A DNA stretch of 47,623 nt from IMG/VR virus record IMGVR_UViG_2541047842_000006; one strand, written 5' to 3'. The translations under genes and the position numbers were made by a program. How positions within the stretch are numbered: the stretch's first letter is position 1; every line of letters begins with the position of its first letter. Positions 23,261-36,189 of this stretch are shown piece after piece. Below the pieces are notes generated by a model that was given only the letters and a program-made list of their open reading frames with translations, ran no database searches and had not been told where the DNA came from. This stretch comes from a virus (Duplodnaviria > Heunggongvirae > Uroviricota > Caudoviricetes).

Positions 23261-25353
23261 CCTCCGGAAGTCAGCCAGGGGTTAACATCGTCAGTTACTG
23301 TTTTCTTCCGTTTTTGTTTTTTAACAGGCGTGGATACCGGTTCCGGTGTGGGTGACGGTTCGGTACTGTCCGGGACACACTCCAGCCAGGTTTCCCGGCT
23401 CGCCCACTCCGGTGCATCCGGCCAGCGGATCTTTTCGTATCCATGCAGAATGACCAGAGCCTCGGCATACACCATCAGGTCAAAAGCTTCGTTGGCACCG
23501 CGACCCGGCTTACTCCATTTCCCGTCACTGCTCCGCTCTTCATACGTCAGTTCGTCGTAAAACCAGCTCCCCAGCCAGTCAGGGAAATGCACATAGCCGG
23601 GACCTGGCGAGTCACGCCATAACGCGTTATTCACCCGGTCTTTCAGGGCATCCGTCTGAAGAAGCCAGAGCGGCACATCACCTGCGGCCTGCGCCCGGCG
23701 GCCCGTTCGTCCGGTGTTATCAGGGAATGTACGGCTGATCAGTTTTGCGCGCCGGATGCTGTCACCCTTAAACAGGTAAATACGTTTACCAAGGCCATCA
23801 CGACGGCAACGACGCCAGAATTTATAGGCATTATCAGTGACCCCGTCTTCACCGCCGGAGTCCACCGCCATTGCCATCAGTCGCATTTGTTGAGAAGGAT
23901 CGGAGGCCAGCGGCCAGCTTTTATGAAAAACATCCGTCAGCAGGACATCCCAGTCTTCCGGATAGCTGGCCGGATCAATTCGCTGGCTCTCCCCGTCGCT
24001 GTCACCGCGCAATGACTGCGTGATGTTGTAACGATCAATAATCCAGCGTTCGCCACGGCTGCCATAGCCCGTTACCTGAACCACAAAACGGCGATGACGT
24101 CCCGCCTGCACATCCACTGTCGCCACAAGGAAATTAACGCCATCCGGCACACTGCGGGAAGGAACTGGCTCTGCCCGCTGCTCAAGCAATTCACTTTTTC
24201 GTTGCTCCATGCTGGCGCGGGGAAGATAAGGTAATCCCCAGTCGGTATTGATAACCGTCTTGAGTGTCTCTTCACTTCCGGTTGTCTCGTATTCCTGTTC
24301 TGCAGTAAGCAGTTTGTAAACGAGTTGCGAGAGTGTCTGATAAGCAGCTGCCGGACCCTCCATCCAGAATGACGCAATACGTGAACGCCGGGGATCACCA
24401 TAACGACTGCCATCTGCATTGATGGATTCACCATCCCGTAACCAGACCCCACGTCCGTTCAGCTCGCGTTTTTGTTCAGGCAAAATCCGTCCTGAACAGG
24501 AAGGACACTGAATATAAGCCGCCTCACTTGCCAGCACAGGATCGGCAATATCACGGAAACCAGCAACCACATCGCCGCAGGGCTGAAAATACTCACCACA
24601 GTGTGGACAGGGCCAGTACCAGCGACGGCGATCGCCACGGTTATAGAGCGACAGGATCCCCGTGGTTGGTGGAGCCTCATGCGGTGAAGTCCGTCGCCAT
24701 TTCACATCCTTCACATCCCTGCCGGGGGAACTCTCCACCAGCGTCATACCACTGGACATAAATGTGGTGGTACGTTTTGAGGCAAGAGAGAAGGCATCCC
24801 CCTCACCATCAATATCTTCCGGAAAACGGTCATAATCCGTCAGCGCCACGCATTTATAATCTGATGAAGACATGATATTGACTGACGGCCAGCCGATTTT
24901 CAGGTAGTTGCCAGCAAGGAATGTTCTGTCATAAACGTTGTTGTCATTTTTGTTCGGACTCAGGCGACTGACCACTTCCGGGCTGACGCGAAACGTTCTG
25001 GCGAGTCGTTTTTTGGAGTGTTCGCGGGCTTTTTCCTCCGTCATCTGAATGATCAGCATATCAGCAGGATCGCAAATCACGTTGTAAATCACCCAGCCGT
25101 CAATCAGGCCGATAGTCTTGCCGGTTCGTGCCGGGCCAACAAATATCACTGCGTCGTATTCACGCGAGGCCAGGCAGTTCATAGGCTCAATAACATACGG
25201 TGCCACCAGCGGATCCCACGGGACTGAGTTCCCTGCCCCCATAGGCACCCGCATATACTGAGCAACGGCATCAGCAACCCGCATTCGTCTCGGTGCGCGA
25301 AGGATATAACCTGAATCGGTTCGTGCTGCCTTTGCGGTTTCCTGATTCAGCAT
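23251..25353 (-). CDS. terminase large subunit (GpA family)
   Basis: 700 aa; Walker A-like VGPARTGKT, Cys cluster (CPHCGEYFQPCG...CPSCSGR); start overlaps small-terminase stop. Confidence 0.9.
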   Translation of the reverse strand: MLNQETAKAARTDSGYILRAPRRMRVADAVAQYMRVPMGAGNSVPWDPLVAPYVIEPMNCLASREYDAVIFVGPARTGKTIGLIDGWVIYNVICDPADMLIIQMTEEKAREHSKKRLARTFRVSPEVVSRLSPNKNDNNVYDRTFLAGNYLKIGWPSVNIMSSSDYKCVALTDYDRFPEDIDGEGDAFSLASKRTTTFMSSGMTLVESSPGRDVKDVKWRRTSPHEAPPTTGILSLYNRGDRRRWYWPCPHCGEYFQPCGDVVAGFRDIADPVLASEAAYIQCPSCSGRILPEQKRELNGRGVWLRDGESINADGSRYGDPRRSRIASFWMEGPAAAYQTLSQLVYKLLTAEQEYETTGSEETLKTVINTDWGLPYLPRASMEQRKSELLEQRAEPVPSRSVPDGVNFLVATVDVQAGRHRRFVVQVTGYGSRGERWIIDRYNITQSLRGDSDGESQRIDPASYPEDWDVLLTDVFHKSWPLASDPSQQMRLMAMAVDSGGEDGVTDNAYKFWRRCRRDGLGKRIYLFKGDSIRRAKLISRTFPDNTGRTGRRAQAAGDVPLWLLQTDALKDRVNNALWRDSPGPGYVHFPDWLGSWFYDELTYEERSSDGKWSKPGRGANEAFDLMVYAEALVILHGYEKIRWPDAPEWASRETWLECVPDSTEPSPTPEPVSTPVKKQKRKKTVTDDVNPWLTSGGWL

Positions 25354-25847
25354 TACTCCTCCTGCTGTAATTCCTCCTCATCATCCGCACCTGCTTCAGT
25401 CACCCGCAGGGCTATCTGATCGCGCAGATCATCAATAATGGACTGAACACGGCTCACAGCGGCAGGCTGCAGACCGCAGTCACGTTCAAGAATATCCGGT
25501 AATGTCTCCAGCACCTGCACGACCGCTTTTGCCCAGATGGCAAACTCCCGTCTGACATCACTGGCCGGAATGAGTTGTGCCGTTTCCTGTTCGAACTTAA
25601 GACGCTCACGTTCAGACTGATACCAGGCTTTGCGCTCATGCGCGTCCATTTCGCCTTCTGCAACCGGCGGTGGTAATGCCAGAAATGCCGACACAATATC
25701 AACCACCCGATAAAGCTTGAGGTTGCTTTCATGCCCCCCTGCAACGGGTAGATTTTGCAGCCTTGCCGCAGCAGTCTGGCGATGTACACCTGACAATGCC
25801 GCCAGTTGACTGATATTCAGCGTCAGATTTTTTAACTCTCGATCCAT
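25353..25847 (-). CDS. terminase small subunit (Nu1/NohA-like)
   Basis: 164 aa; N-terminal HTH (LNISQLAALSGVHRQTAAARL), acidic C-terminus; immediately upstream of and overlapping the large terminase gene. Confidence 0.75.
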   Translation of the reverse strand: MDRELKNLTLNISQLAALSGVHRQTAAARLQNLPVAGGHESNLKLYRVVDIVSAFLALPPPVAEGEMDAHERKAWYQSERERLKFEQETAQLIPASDVRREFAIWAKAVVQVLETLPDILERDCGLQPAAVSRVQSIIDDLRDQIALRVTEAGADDEEELQQEE

Positions 25848-26062
25848 ACCCGCTCCAGAATGTTTTAAACATGCATCTTGCGAACAACTTTAGGCAAACG
25901 GTGTTAGTGATGAACAAAAAACAATCAGAATCGACACCATAAAAATAAATCCACTGTAATATCAATCAATTACAGTAGTGGTGATGACGAATAAAATTTC
26001 AAAAACTAGCCTTTTTCCGCGACGCTCCCGCCCCGTGGCAGGGGCCCCCACCGGGAGGACCC

Positions 26063-26086
26063 GACAGCCTGACAGCCTGACAGCCG
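26063..26086. repeat. three tandem 8-bp repeats (GACAGCCT x3) in a GC-rich tract ~200 bp upstream of the small terminase gene; candidate cos-proximal element
   Basis: read directly; position matches where cos lies relative to Nu1 in lambda. Confidence 0.3.
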
Positions 26087-26221
26087 TGACGAGCATCTGA
26101 TACAGCGCTTTACATAATGGCATAGGAATAATTCAGAAGGACATCACAGCATGCCCACACAAATTAGTGTGAGTGTCCTGTTTCTTCCTACGCACAGGAC
26201 TGACGAGCATGAGGGGAAAAT

Positions 26222-26389
26222 ATGCGAACCATAAATGCCTCATCTTCAGCAATGCAGCCGGCATCCGAACAGGACGATATTGTAAATTCACCTAATTACG
26301 AGGACATTGCAGTAGTTGAATTGCAGCTCTGTATTAGCCTGACAGTGACAGAATGCGATATTGACTCTGTCACAGGTGAAATAGTTTGA
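26222..26389 (+). CDS. small hypothetical protein (55 aa)
   Basis: ATG preceded by strong RBS (GAGGGGAAAATATG); below the ORF-track length cutoff. Confidence 0.3.
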   Translation: MRTINASSSAMQPASEQDDIVNSPNYEDIAVVELQLCISLTVTECDIDSVTGEIV

Positions 26390-26409
26390 ATGATTAGCAG
26401 TTATGGTGC

Positions 26410-26616
26410 TCAGTCAACCACCAGGGAATAATCCTTCGAATTCTTATCGTGCTTCACCAACGCTGCCTCAATTGCCCTGAATGCTTCCAGAGACACCTGA
26501 TGTTCTATACATGCAATTACAACATCCGGGTAACTCATAGAAATGGTGCTATTAAGCATATTTTTTACACGAATCAGATCCAACGAGAGTTCATCAGCAG
26601 ATTGTTCTTTATTCAT
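26410..26616 (-). CDS. small prophage protein, YbcW-like
   Basis: 68-aa ORF; recalled similarity to DLP12 YbcW. Confidence 0.55.
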   Translation of the reverse strand: MNKEQSADELSLDLIRVKNMLNSTISMSYPDVVIACIEHQVSLEAFRAIEAALVKHDKNSKDYSLVVD

Positions 26617-26916
26617 TTTGTCGCTCCATGCGTTTGCTCGTCATCTAGCGGTTAAAATATTACTTCAAATCTTACTGCATAAAAGAGGAAAAGTATGAAA
26701 GTTTGAGTACATCGACCTTACATACATCTGTCGGTTGCATATCCCTCCTGGATGCCAGCAAGGCTCAATTTTGTTACGCAATCAACACTATTCATTAAAA
26801 ACAGGCTTAATATTTGACATAAATCATCAACAAAACACAAAGAGGTCAGACCAGATTAAAACAATAAACACGATAATGCAAACTACGCGCCATCGTATCA
26901 CATGGAAGGTTTACCA

Positions 26917-27327
26917 ATGGCTCAGGCTGCCATTTTTAAAGAAATATTCGATCAAGTGCGTAAAGATTTAAACTGTGAATTATTTTATTCTGAGCTAAAA
27001 CGTCACAATATCTCACTTTATATTTACTATTTAGCCACAGATAATATTCACATTGTGTTAGAAAACGACAACATAGTGTTAGTAAAAGGACTCAAAAAGG
27101 TTGTAAATGTTAAATTCTCCAGAAACAAACATCTTATAGAGACCTCCTATAATAAGTTGAAATCAAAAGAAATCACATTTCAACAATACAGGGAAAATCT
27201 TGCTAAAGCAGGAGTTTTCCGATGGGTTACAAATATCCAGGAACACCAAAGATATTACTATGCCTTTGATAACTCATTACTATTTACTGAAAGCATCCAG
27301 AAAACTACACAGATCTTACCACGCTAA
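26917..27327 (+). CDS. DUF1398-family prophage protein (YdfO/YbcV-like)
   Basis: 136 aa from internal Met ([30 protein letters not shown]...); recalled similarity to YbcV/YdfO. Confidence 0.7.
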   Translation: MAQAAIFKEIFDQVRKDLNCELFYSELKRHNISLYIYYLATDNIHIVLENDNIVLVKGLKKVVNVKFSRNKHLIETSYNKLKSKEITFQQYRENLAKAGVFRWVTNIQEHQRYYYAFDNSLLFTESIQKTTQILPR

Positions 27328-27478
27328 ACCATAACGTCCGGCTTCTCTCACTCCTGAGCCGGACTGCATTGGTTTAATAAAAACCATCAACAATTGTGAT
27401 TTAGATATTCGGAACCATTCAAATATAACAAAACCCCGTAAAAACGAGGTTTATGGATAAATTTTATTATTGAATACA

Positions 27479-27652
27479 TCAGATTAAATTAATCTTGACA
27501 TCATAGCTTTCAAGACCCGTCATTTTTTCCCGTGCGGTAAACTGAATACTGGTAACTTCTTTCCCGGTCTTTTTCTTAAGTTCAATAATTTTTTTTGTTA
27601 TATATTCAGAAATATCTGCTTCTGCTTTTGTTTTTAAGTTTTCAATATTCAT
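27479..27652 (-). CDS. gnsB: GnsA/GnsB-family protein
   Basis: hand translation gives 57 aa (MNIENLKTKAEADISEYITKKIIELKKKTGKEVTSIQFTAREKMTGLESYDVKINLI); missed by ORF track (<60 aa). Confidence 0.7.
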   Translation of the reverse strand: MNIENLKTKAEADISEYITKKIIELKKKTGKEVTSIQFTAREKMTGLESYDVKINLI

Positions 27653-27823
27653 CATTTCCTCTTTTAGTCTGTTATGACTTTCCAGTTACACAGTAAGTCG
27701 ATTATATGGTGCAAACGTGTAAAAGATAAGATGAAACATCGCAATAATCAACATACGATAGTCTAAATTTTACACAAACAGACAAAGAGAATTTTCCTGA
27801 ATTATCAATACAATAGCATCAAA

Positions 27824-28096
27824 TCAACTCAAGAGCCTTATTGCTGCTTCCAGAATTTCTTCTGAAGTAACATGTCGATCCGCGGCTACATAAATGACTT
27901 TATGATCTCCGGTCAGAGATGGAAACCCTGCGGCCATTACAGTAAGGTGTGTTTTTTCGCCATTTGGATATTCACGCATGATGGTGTTAACTCCAGTCAT
28001 CGCTGGCACTACCACTGCTGGTTCAGAGTTAAAAAAAACTATGATTTTTTTCATGATGTTACCGTAGTATGTGAGTATCCATCGAATAGATACCAA
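27824..28096 (-). CDS. hypothetical prophage protein
   Basis: 90-aa ORF; possible internal start MKKIIVFF; no recognised family. Confidence 0.35.
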   Translation of the reverse strand: MVSIRWILTYYGNIMKKIIVFFNSEPAVVVPAMTGVNTIMREYPNGEKTHLTVMAAGFPSLTGDHKVIYVAADRHVTSEEILEAAIRLLS

Positions 28097-28363
28097 GCAA
28101 AAAAGCTCCCGAAGGAGCCTTCATTTTCACTTTTTTAAATCCAACGACAGACGGCTGGCATTTAAGTATTGTGAAATATTATCAAATGTAATCATCATTG
28201 ATTTACAAAAGATACATTTTGCCCCGAAAGGATTCATGTCAGAAACATCAAAAGATGATGTTCTATACTGGGAACCATGACAACACGGGCATCTAAAGTG
28301 AATATGGTTTGTAATATTGTCTACCTCAAAGCGCCACTACATGAACAGCGGCAGGACCTTTAG

Positions 28364-29558
<1,195 letters not shown>

Positions 29559-30100
29559 TTAGGTCCGTTCTCAATACCAAATTCAACTTCCTGATTCTCA
29601 GTTAATGTTTTGAAATCGTTGCTCTGAATTGCTGAGAAATGGACAAACACATCTTTGCTGCCATCTTTCGGCGTGATGAAACCAAAACCTTTTTCAGGGT
29701 TAAACCATTTCACTAAACCAGTCATTTTGTTAGACATAATTATTACCTTTTGAAGAAATTAGCCCTTGGGCAGAATGGTCCGAAAAAAAATATCAGAGAG
29801 AAAAACCAACAAGGAAATCTCAAGAGGTACAAATAATAAAATTATAACAATGACTGCTTCAGATAAATTTGTAACAAACCAGAACACCATTAACGCATGA
29901 TTAACCACCCATAGCAAGGATTACTTTTGTAAAGAAAAACACAGCAATGAAAGAATAGCTTTATTTATTAATAATAACGTGTCATTCTGATTAAGACCTT
30001 TTATCTTACCCTTAAGATTTCAGGAATTTTGGCTCATGGAAGAGTCCTTTTTATTTAAATTTTACATTCCGCGATGTAAATGTTCCGATTTAATATTACC

Positions 30101-31124
<1,024 letters not shown>

Positions 31125-31128
<4 letters not shown>

Positions 31129-31412
31129 ATATATTTATGATGAGGACGCTCGTGCTTATTGGCAGGATTTTCAATCTTAAAGGAGTACTGATGCTGCAGA
31201 TAAGACTCAACTTTTTCTGACAATTTTTCTGCTACTTCCAGGAAGACTTGCCGGACGCTCCTTCTGGCTGCTGCCTCATAAAACTCCAGCGCAGCTCCTT
31301 CAACACGGTCCATGGCGACATCCAGGTCAAAAATTTCACCGTCAAAGCGTTCTTTGTCCTGTAAGGCTACAGTTACCGTAACTTTATTCTCAAAATTACG
31401 GACTCCTTTCAC
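31125..31412 (-). CDS. small prophage protein between holin and endolysin (YdfR-like)
   Basis: 95-aa ORF in the slot occupied by ydfR in Qin; no function inferred. Confidence 0.45.
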
Positions 31413-31440
31413 AACCAGTTCATAGTCTTGAGTCGTTGGA

Positions 31441-31656
31441 TTACTCTCCTCTCGCAGCCTTACGCCTGTCTTCTTTAATCTTGAAATAAAGATTTGTCAG
31501 ATACGTCAGCAGGCCAAAAACCAGGCTACCCAGCACACCGATTGCAGCCCACTGTGACGGAGTTACTTTATCGAGTAACTGCAATGCCCAGAAACCAGCA
31601 TTACCCGCCGATGTGCCATAGGCAACACCTGTTGTTAACTTATCCATTGATTTCAT
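31441..31656 (-). CDS. class II holin (S21-type pinholin) with dual-start motif MKSMDK
   Basis: 71 aa from [29 protein letters not shown]...[15 protein letters not shown]; recalled near-identity to phage 21 S. Confidence 0.8.
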   Translation of the reverse strand: MKSMDKLTTGVAYGTSAGNAGFWALQLLDKVTPSQWAAIGVLGSLVFGLLTYLTNLYFKIKEDRRKAARGE

Positions 31657-31875
31657 ATCCTCACCCCGATGTACACGGATGGTGCAATATGTTTGAAAAG
31701 ATCGGAGTCTACGGGGTAGTTTTGACAGCACACGTTGTTCTCAACGGCGCTAAAAAAACATACACATTAAAAATGTGGGTAATTATTTTGAAAGAAAGTC
31801 ATATATAAAATAATAATACGAGAAATGTTTTCATATTTAGTGTACTGTATACGGCCATTTATACAGGAAAAGCCT

Positions 31876-32046
31876 ATGTCAGAACGTAAAAACTCAAAAT
31901 CACGCCGTAATTATCTCGTTAAATGTTCCTGCCCAAACTGCACCCAAGAGTCAGAACACAGTTTTTCAAGAGTACAAAAAGGTGCCCTTTTGATCTGCCC
32001 TCATTGCAACAAAGTATTCCAGACAAATCTTAAAGCTGTAGCCTGA
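31876..32046 (+). CDS. small zinc-ribbon protein (C-x2-C ... C-x2-C)
   Basis: 56 aa from internal Met (MSERKNSKSRRNYLVKCSCPNCTQ...ICPHCNKVF); plus-strand moron inside the late region. Confidence 0.4.
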   Translation: MSERKNSKSRRNYLVKCSCPNCTQESEHSFSRVQKGALLICPHCNKVFQTNLKAVA

Positions 32047-32107
32047 TTGATTTTATTAGTAACAAGTATTTTTTATATTTTAATAATATATTTAAAGCAG
32101 ATAATAA

Positions 32108-32128
32108 AAAACCCGCCTGAGCGGGTTT
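32108..32128 (-). terminator. Rho-independent terminator hairpin (AAACCCGC-CTGA-GCGGGTTT) with U-tract on the minus strand
   Basis: GC stem followed on the minus strand by TTTTTTATTAT; downstream of cspB. Confidence 0.5.
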
Positions 32129-32409
32129 GAGATTGTGGTGCTTTTTGTGGGAGTCATCCACTTACGCACTTTGTTTTGCCATGCCAGCAGTTAGCTTCTG
32201 CTGTAAAACTATTCATGCAGCAAACCTGCACTTCACCACAATGGTTAGCATACTTTTCCTGATTAAGATTTTGCCAAATATGCTAGCCATTGTTTCATGT
32301 ATTGGACCTCCTTACTTTTTATTAAAGAGATCCAATATTCACTACTCTGTCCGTATCTCTACTCAGGCATCAGCCTTCTTCGTTATCGTATACAGACGAG
32401 CGATGAATT

Positions 32410-32625
32410 TTAATCAGTAATGATGACATTTGCTGCTGCAGGACCTTTAGCACCACTCTCTATAGAGAAGGTAACCTTTTGACCTTCAAATAAGGTTCGA
32501 TAATTATCATTCTGAATCGCAGAAAAATGCACAAACACATCTTTACTACCATCAACAGGAGAAATAAAGCCGAAACCTTTATCAGCGTTAAACCATTTTA
32601 CTAAACCAGTCATTTTATTTGACAT
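32410..32625 (-). CDS. cspB: cold shock protein CspB
   Basis: 71 aa, [38 protein letters not shown]... with RNP1/RNP2 motifs. Confidence 0.9.
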   Translation of the reverse strand: MSNKMTGLVKWFNADKGFGFISPVDGSKDVFVHFSAIQNDNYRTLFEGQKVTFSIESGAKGPAAANVIITD

Positions 32626-32925
32626 TCTACATTCCTTAACTTGAGCCTTTCGGCATAAATGGTTTGCATAACAGAAACGACTTCGTACTTAATTGGAGAG
32701 ACTCAAAGAAGGAATAAGTGAATAACACCTGAAATGAGAACTGCTTTAGTAAACTACTTCGTATATCGTCTGTTCTTCAAACCGACGCAATCATTAACGC
32801 ATAGTTGAACATATGAAGCAATGTTTATTTTAGACATCCAGCCATCTTCAACCCCATCAAAAAACTATAGCTTTCTTCAGGAACGTGTGTATAGTGCGCC
32901 AAGTTATCAGTATTAAGGAATTTTT

Positions 32926-33138
32926 TTGTCCCGTAAAATGACAGGAATTGTCAAAACCTTTGACGGCAAAAGCGGCAAGGGTCTTATCACCCCATCCGAT
33001 GGTCGTATCGATGTCCAGCTTCATGTTTCAGCGCTCAATCTCCGCGATGCAGAAGAAATTACCACCGGATTACGCGTGGAATTTTGCCGGATAAATGGTC
33101 TGCGTGGCCCTTCAGCTGCCAATGTTTACCTTTCATGA
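32926..33138 (+). CDS. cspF: cold shock protein CspF-like
   Basis: 70 aa, [18 protein letters not shown]...[21 protein letters not shown]; divergent from cspB. Confidence 0.85.
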
Positions 33139-33192
33139 GCTATATTAAAGCTTTAATTTCAGGCCCCATCGGATCACACATGGAGAGTTTTT

Positions 33193-33282
33193 ATGAATAA
33201 CCCCGTCTGTCTTGATGACTGGTTGATTGGCTTTAAAAGCTTATGCTGTACTTTGGCCGTAATAGCTCTGCTAATAATATAA
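33193..33282 (+). CDS. small hydrophobic protein (29 aa)
   Basis: ATG with strong RBS (GGAGAGTTTTTATG); product [29 protein letters not shown]. Confidence 0.3.
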
Positions 33283-33430
33283 TAAGCAGACTCATTGTGT
33301 TTAGGGACATTGTACTGGAAGAAAATATTTTAAACATCAGGCAAATAACCAAGTCACCAGCTAAATAATAAGTTAACAGACATGAGTCCCGGGATGAGAT
33401 TCAACATTACCATTGCCCCATTTAAAGCAC

Positions 33431-33456
33431 AAAACCCGCTCATCAGCGGGTTTTCT
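33431..33456 (-). terminator. bidirectional intrinsic terminator hairpin (AAAACCCGC-TCATCA-GCGGGTTTT); candidate tR' downstream of Q
   Basis: 9-bp stem with U-tracts on both strands, ~100 bp downstream of the Q stop where the late promoter/terminator lie in lambdoid phages. Confidence 0.5.
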
Positions 33457-33559
33457 ACTTTTTCTTAACGTCGGGTATACAAAGCCCATCGTTGAAAAAA
33501 TTTTATCCATATTTTTTGAAAAATGCAAACATCATGTCGCCATCTTCAGCAAAAATCAT

Positions 33560-34312
33560 TTATCTCGTCACCTTCCTCAATTGCGCTTCCGCGTATGCTT
33601 CTTCCTGCCAGCACTTTGTTACCAGTTTATCAATGACGTCCGCATACCCCTTATACCACTGATAATCGGTCAGGTCTGGTACCAGCTTCTGGACATGACG
33701 TCGTGCCAGCGTGGTCGGTAAACGACTAAATCGGTTTCCATTACAACGCCCACAAATCTTATATACCGGTACGCCATGAAACCGGGTTCTTTTTTCATCC
33801 AGAACAATCCCTTTACCCTTACACCCTCTGCACGCTGTGCTGACTTCGCCCTTACCATGGCAATGCTGACATAGTTCCTTCACCCATTCTTCCTTGATTA
33901 CAGATTCCCCGCGTCTGTAGTGTTTCACCACTTCGCGCAATACATTATAAAATCCCGTACCTGAACAATGCTCACAGCGAGCCTTACTTGCCGCAGACCT
34001 GGAGTAATCAGCAAAGGCAAAATTCACAAGGTAAGGAATAATCTGTAACCGGATTTCTTCACTCAATTTGTTCAATGTCGGGTTATCCAGTGCCATCGCG
34101 TAATTTAGCAGGCCTTCAATCGCAAACTGAGGGTCCTGAACACCAACTTTTGCCAGAAATAAGGCCAACCCAAGTGGTGCTTTCGACTGCACCATCCCCT
34201 GCGCTGCCATTACATCCGTAATTGTTAAACAACCGGTGCCTGTCGCTGGAGCGTCATCGCTCAATTTTGGAGATTTTGGGGAGTAATATTTTGGTAAGGC
34301 TTCAAGGTTCAT
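33560..34312 (-). CDS. late-gene antiterminator Q (phage 21/82-type)
   Basis: 250 aa with multiple CxxC zinc-finger motifs (CEHCSGTG, CQHCHGKG, CRGCKGKG, CGRCNG); upstream of late region. Confidence 0.85.
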   Translation of the reverse strand: MNLEALPKYYSPKSPKLSDDAPATGTGCLTITDVMAAQGMVQSKAPLGLALFLAKVGVQDPQFAIEGLLNYAMALDNPTLNKLSEEIRLQIIPYLVNFAFADYSRSAASKARCEHCSGTGFYNVLREVVKHYRRGESVIKEEWVKELCQHCHGKGEVSTACRGCKGKGIVLDEKRTRFHGVPVYKICGRCNGNRFSRLPTTLARRHVQKLVPDLTDYQWYKGYADVIDKLVTKCWQEEAYAEAQLRKVTR

Positions 34313-34325
34313 GCTCGTTCTCCAC

Positions 34326-35414
34326 TTACGCCAGTACGCCAGTTGCCAGCGCGCGATCGATAAAACGAAATATCAGCTCCAGTTGGGAGCCATACTTCTC
34401 TTCAAATGCCACTGTATCCGTATGCAGCTCGTTGTGATGCTTTCTGCACAAAGGCAACACAAAGAGATCATGTGCTTTTGTTCCCATTCCGCCCTGCCCG
34501 TGACCAATCAGATGATGCGGATCGTCGGCTGGCATACCGCAGCAAGCACACGGCTGTGTCTTAACCCAACGAGTGTATTTCTCCTTAACCCAGCGGCGAC
34601 GTTTAGGCAGCTTCATGAAAGATTCCGGAGACTCTGGATCAACGGTGATGCTTACCACCGTCTTTTCCTGTGGTGGTTTTTGTTGCTGGTGGGCGTAAGG
34701 CAACGGTGCAAGATTTTCTGTGCGTTGTTTCAATATGCTGGTGGCGGTCTGCTCTCCCTGTACGATGTCGCTTTCGCGGTACACCGAGCAGATTTTTTCC
34801 GCTGGTAATCCCAGCGAACGACGCGATACAGCCTCAGGTAGTGCATCCACCACCTGATTGCAGACCGCCCACCAGGATAATTCAGCCAAAGATAATTCCC
34901 GCTCCTGCGTACCGCTTATTGCGTGACGGATGACGTCAATCACCCATGCTGTCAGATTTTGTTGAGCAAGCAGCTCCAGTGATTCCGATGTCTGGTCACG
35001 CAGTTGGTTGTCGCAGTGCCAGCACAACACCATTGCGCCGGTACCATAACGGTGAATGACTGTTTCAGTGTGATGGTAATCGCCATTAGGCCACTGGCAG
35101 GATGTAACATGACGTAATAGCCAGTCAGACAATGCGCCAACGCCGCCAGTAGCACGAATCACCCGTTCGTTACTAAAAAACGGCAGCAATGTTTTGTCTT
35201 CTGCCAGCGGCTGGCGAACGGCAGGAACGACTCCGGATGGCAGATTTCGCATGCTTTTTGGTTCCGGTTCCACCAGCACTCGAGGATTATGAAATATCTG
35301 TATGGATTCACGGCCCGGCTTAAGGACCACCAGCCCAAGCTCAGGCACCAGAACAGGTCTAAGTAATACCCGCACGTTACCTCCAGATCCGTTGCTGGAA
35401 AGTGCGGGACGCAC
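34326..35414 (-). CDS. DUF968-family protein with C-terminal HNH-like zinc finger (YdfU/NinG-like)
   Basis: 362 aa; C-terminal CACCGMPADDPHHLIGHGQGGMGTKAHDLFVLPLCRKHHNELH. Confidence 0.7.
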   Translation of the reverse strand: MRPALSSNGSGGNVRVLLRPVLVPELGLVVLKPGRESIQIFHNPRVLVEPEPKSMRNLPSGVVPAVRQPLAEDKTLLPFFSNERVIRATGGVGALSDWLLRHVTSCQWPNGDYHHTETVIHRYGTGAMVLCWHCDNQLRDQTSESLELLAQQNLTAWVIDVIRHAISGTQERELSLAELSWWAVCNQVVDALPEAVSRRSLGLPAEKICSVYRESDIVQGEQTATSILKQRTENLAPLPYAHQQQKPPQEKTVVSITVDPESPESFMKLPKRRRWVKEKYTRWVKTQPCACCGMPADDPHHLIGHGQGGMGTKAHDLFVLPLCRKHHNELHTDTVAFEEKYGSQLELIFRFIDRALATGVLA

Positions 35415-35655
35415 GTGGTGGGCGTTCGGAATAAGGCAGCCTGACAGAGATTATCCAGTGCCGATAGTCGAGACTGAGAGCTTTCTTAACCTCGAACCCG
35501 CGCCTGCGGTAAGAATGAATCAGCCATTCGGCCTGTTCTGCAGTGCATGGAGGGTGCTGGAACCATTCAGACTTGAATGCGTGAGAATACCGCCCGTGCG
35601 TGCAGGCAAGAACGGGCGAATTATCAGAATTGTAATATTTTACGTTGCGTGCCAT
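35377..35655 (-). CDS. hypothetical nin-region protein
   Basis: 92-aa ORF overlapping the 5' end of the DUF968 gene; no recognised family. Confidence 0.35.
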   Translation of the reverse strand: MARNVKYYNSDNSPVLACTHGRYSHAFKSEWFQHPPCTAEQAEWLIHSYRRRGFEVKKALSLDYRHWIISVRLPYSERPPRASRTFQQRIWR

Positions 35656-35721
35656 CGGTTTTCTCCGGTGGCACGGTGTTACTCAGCGGGAGTTCAGCCC
35701 CGCGCAAGATTGTAGATGAGT

Positions 35722-35973
35722 TTATTCTTCTGCAAAAGCAGAAAAGCCAGCTTTTATTCCGATCTCTTTCAATGCCTGTAATGAAGTGACAAACTCACCT
35801 TCGCGCAAGATAAATCCGTCCGTGACCCGAGCATCCACAAAATTAATTAACGCAGCCCCATTCTTTCGCAAACACATAATGCGGTAATGACTAACAAGAT
35901 TTCCATTTTCAACGCACACAGCATAGAGGCCATCTTCACAAAAAATTTTACGCAGTTCTTCGATGTTCATCAT
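35722..35973 (-). CDS. small nin-region protein (Rem-like by position and size)
   Basis: 83-aa ORF between DUF968 gene and hokD. Confidence 0.4.
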   Translation of the reverse strand: MMNIEELRKIFCEDGLYAVCVENGNLVSHYRIMCLRKNGAALINFVDARVTDGFILREGEFVTSLQALKEIGIKAGFSAFAEE

Positions 35974-36189
35974 CAGAATCCTTCCGGATAATTAGCTCTC
36001 CCCTTTAAGGGACCATCCCTCTTATCCCTGCGCGCTACTTAAGTATTTTTGATTCTATTCCGGCACCGTCCAGATCTTCAAACGCGTTGAAAATAAAAAC
36101 AAAAACCCGCCGAAGCGGGTTAAGTGCGGGTGCGTTGAGGATGCCTGCCACATCAGAGGTGGCGAGGGATTTCTCCCTCGCCGGGTCTC

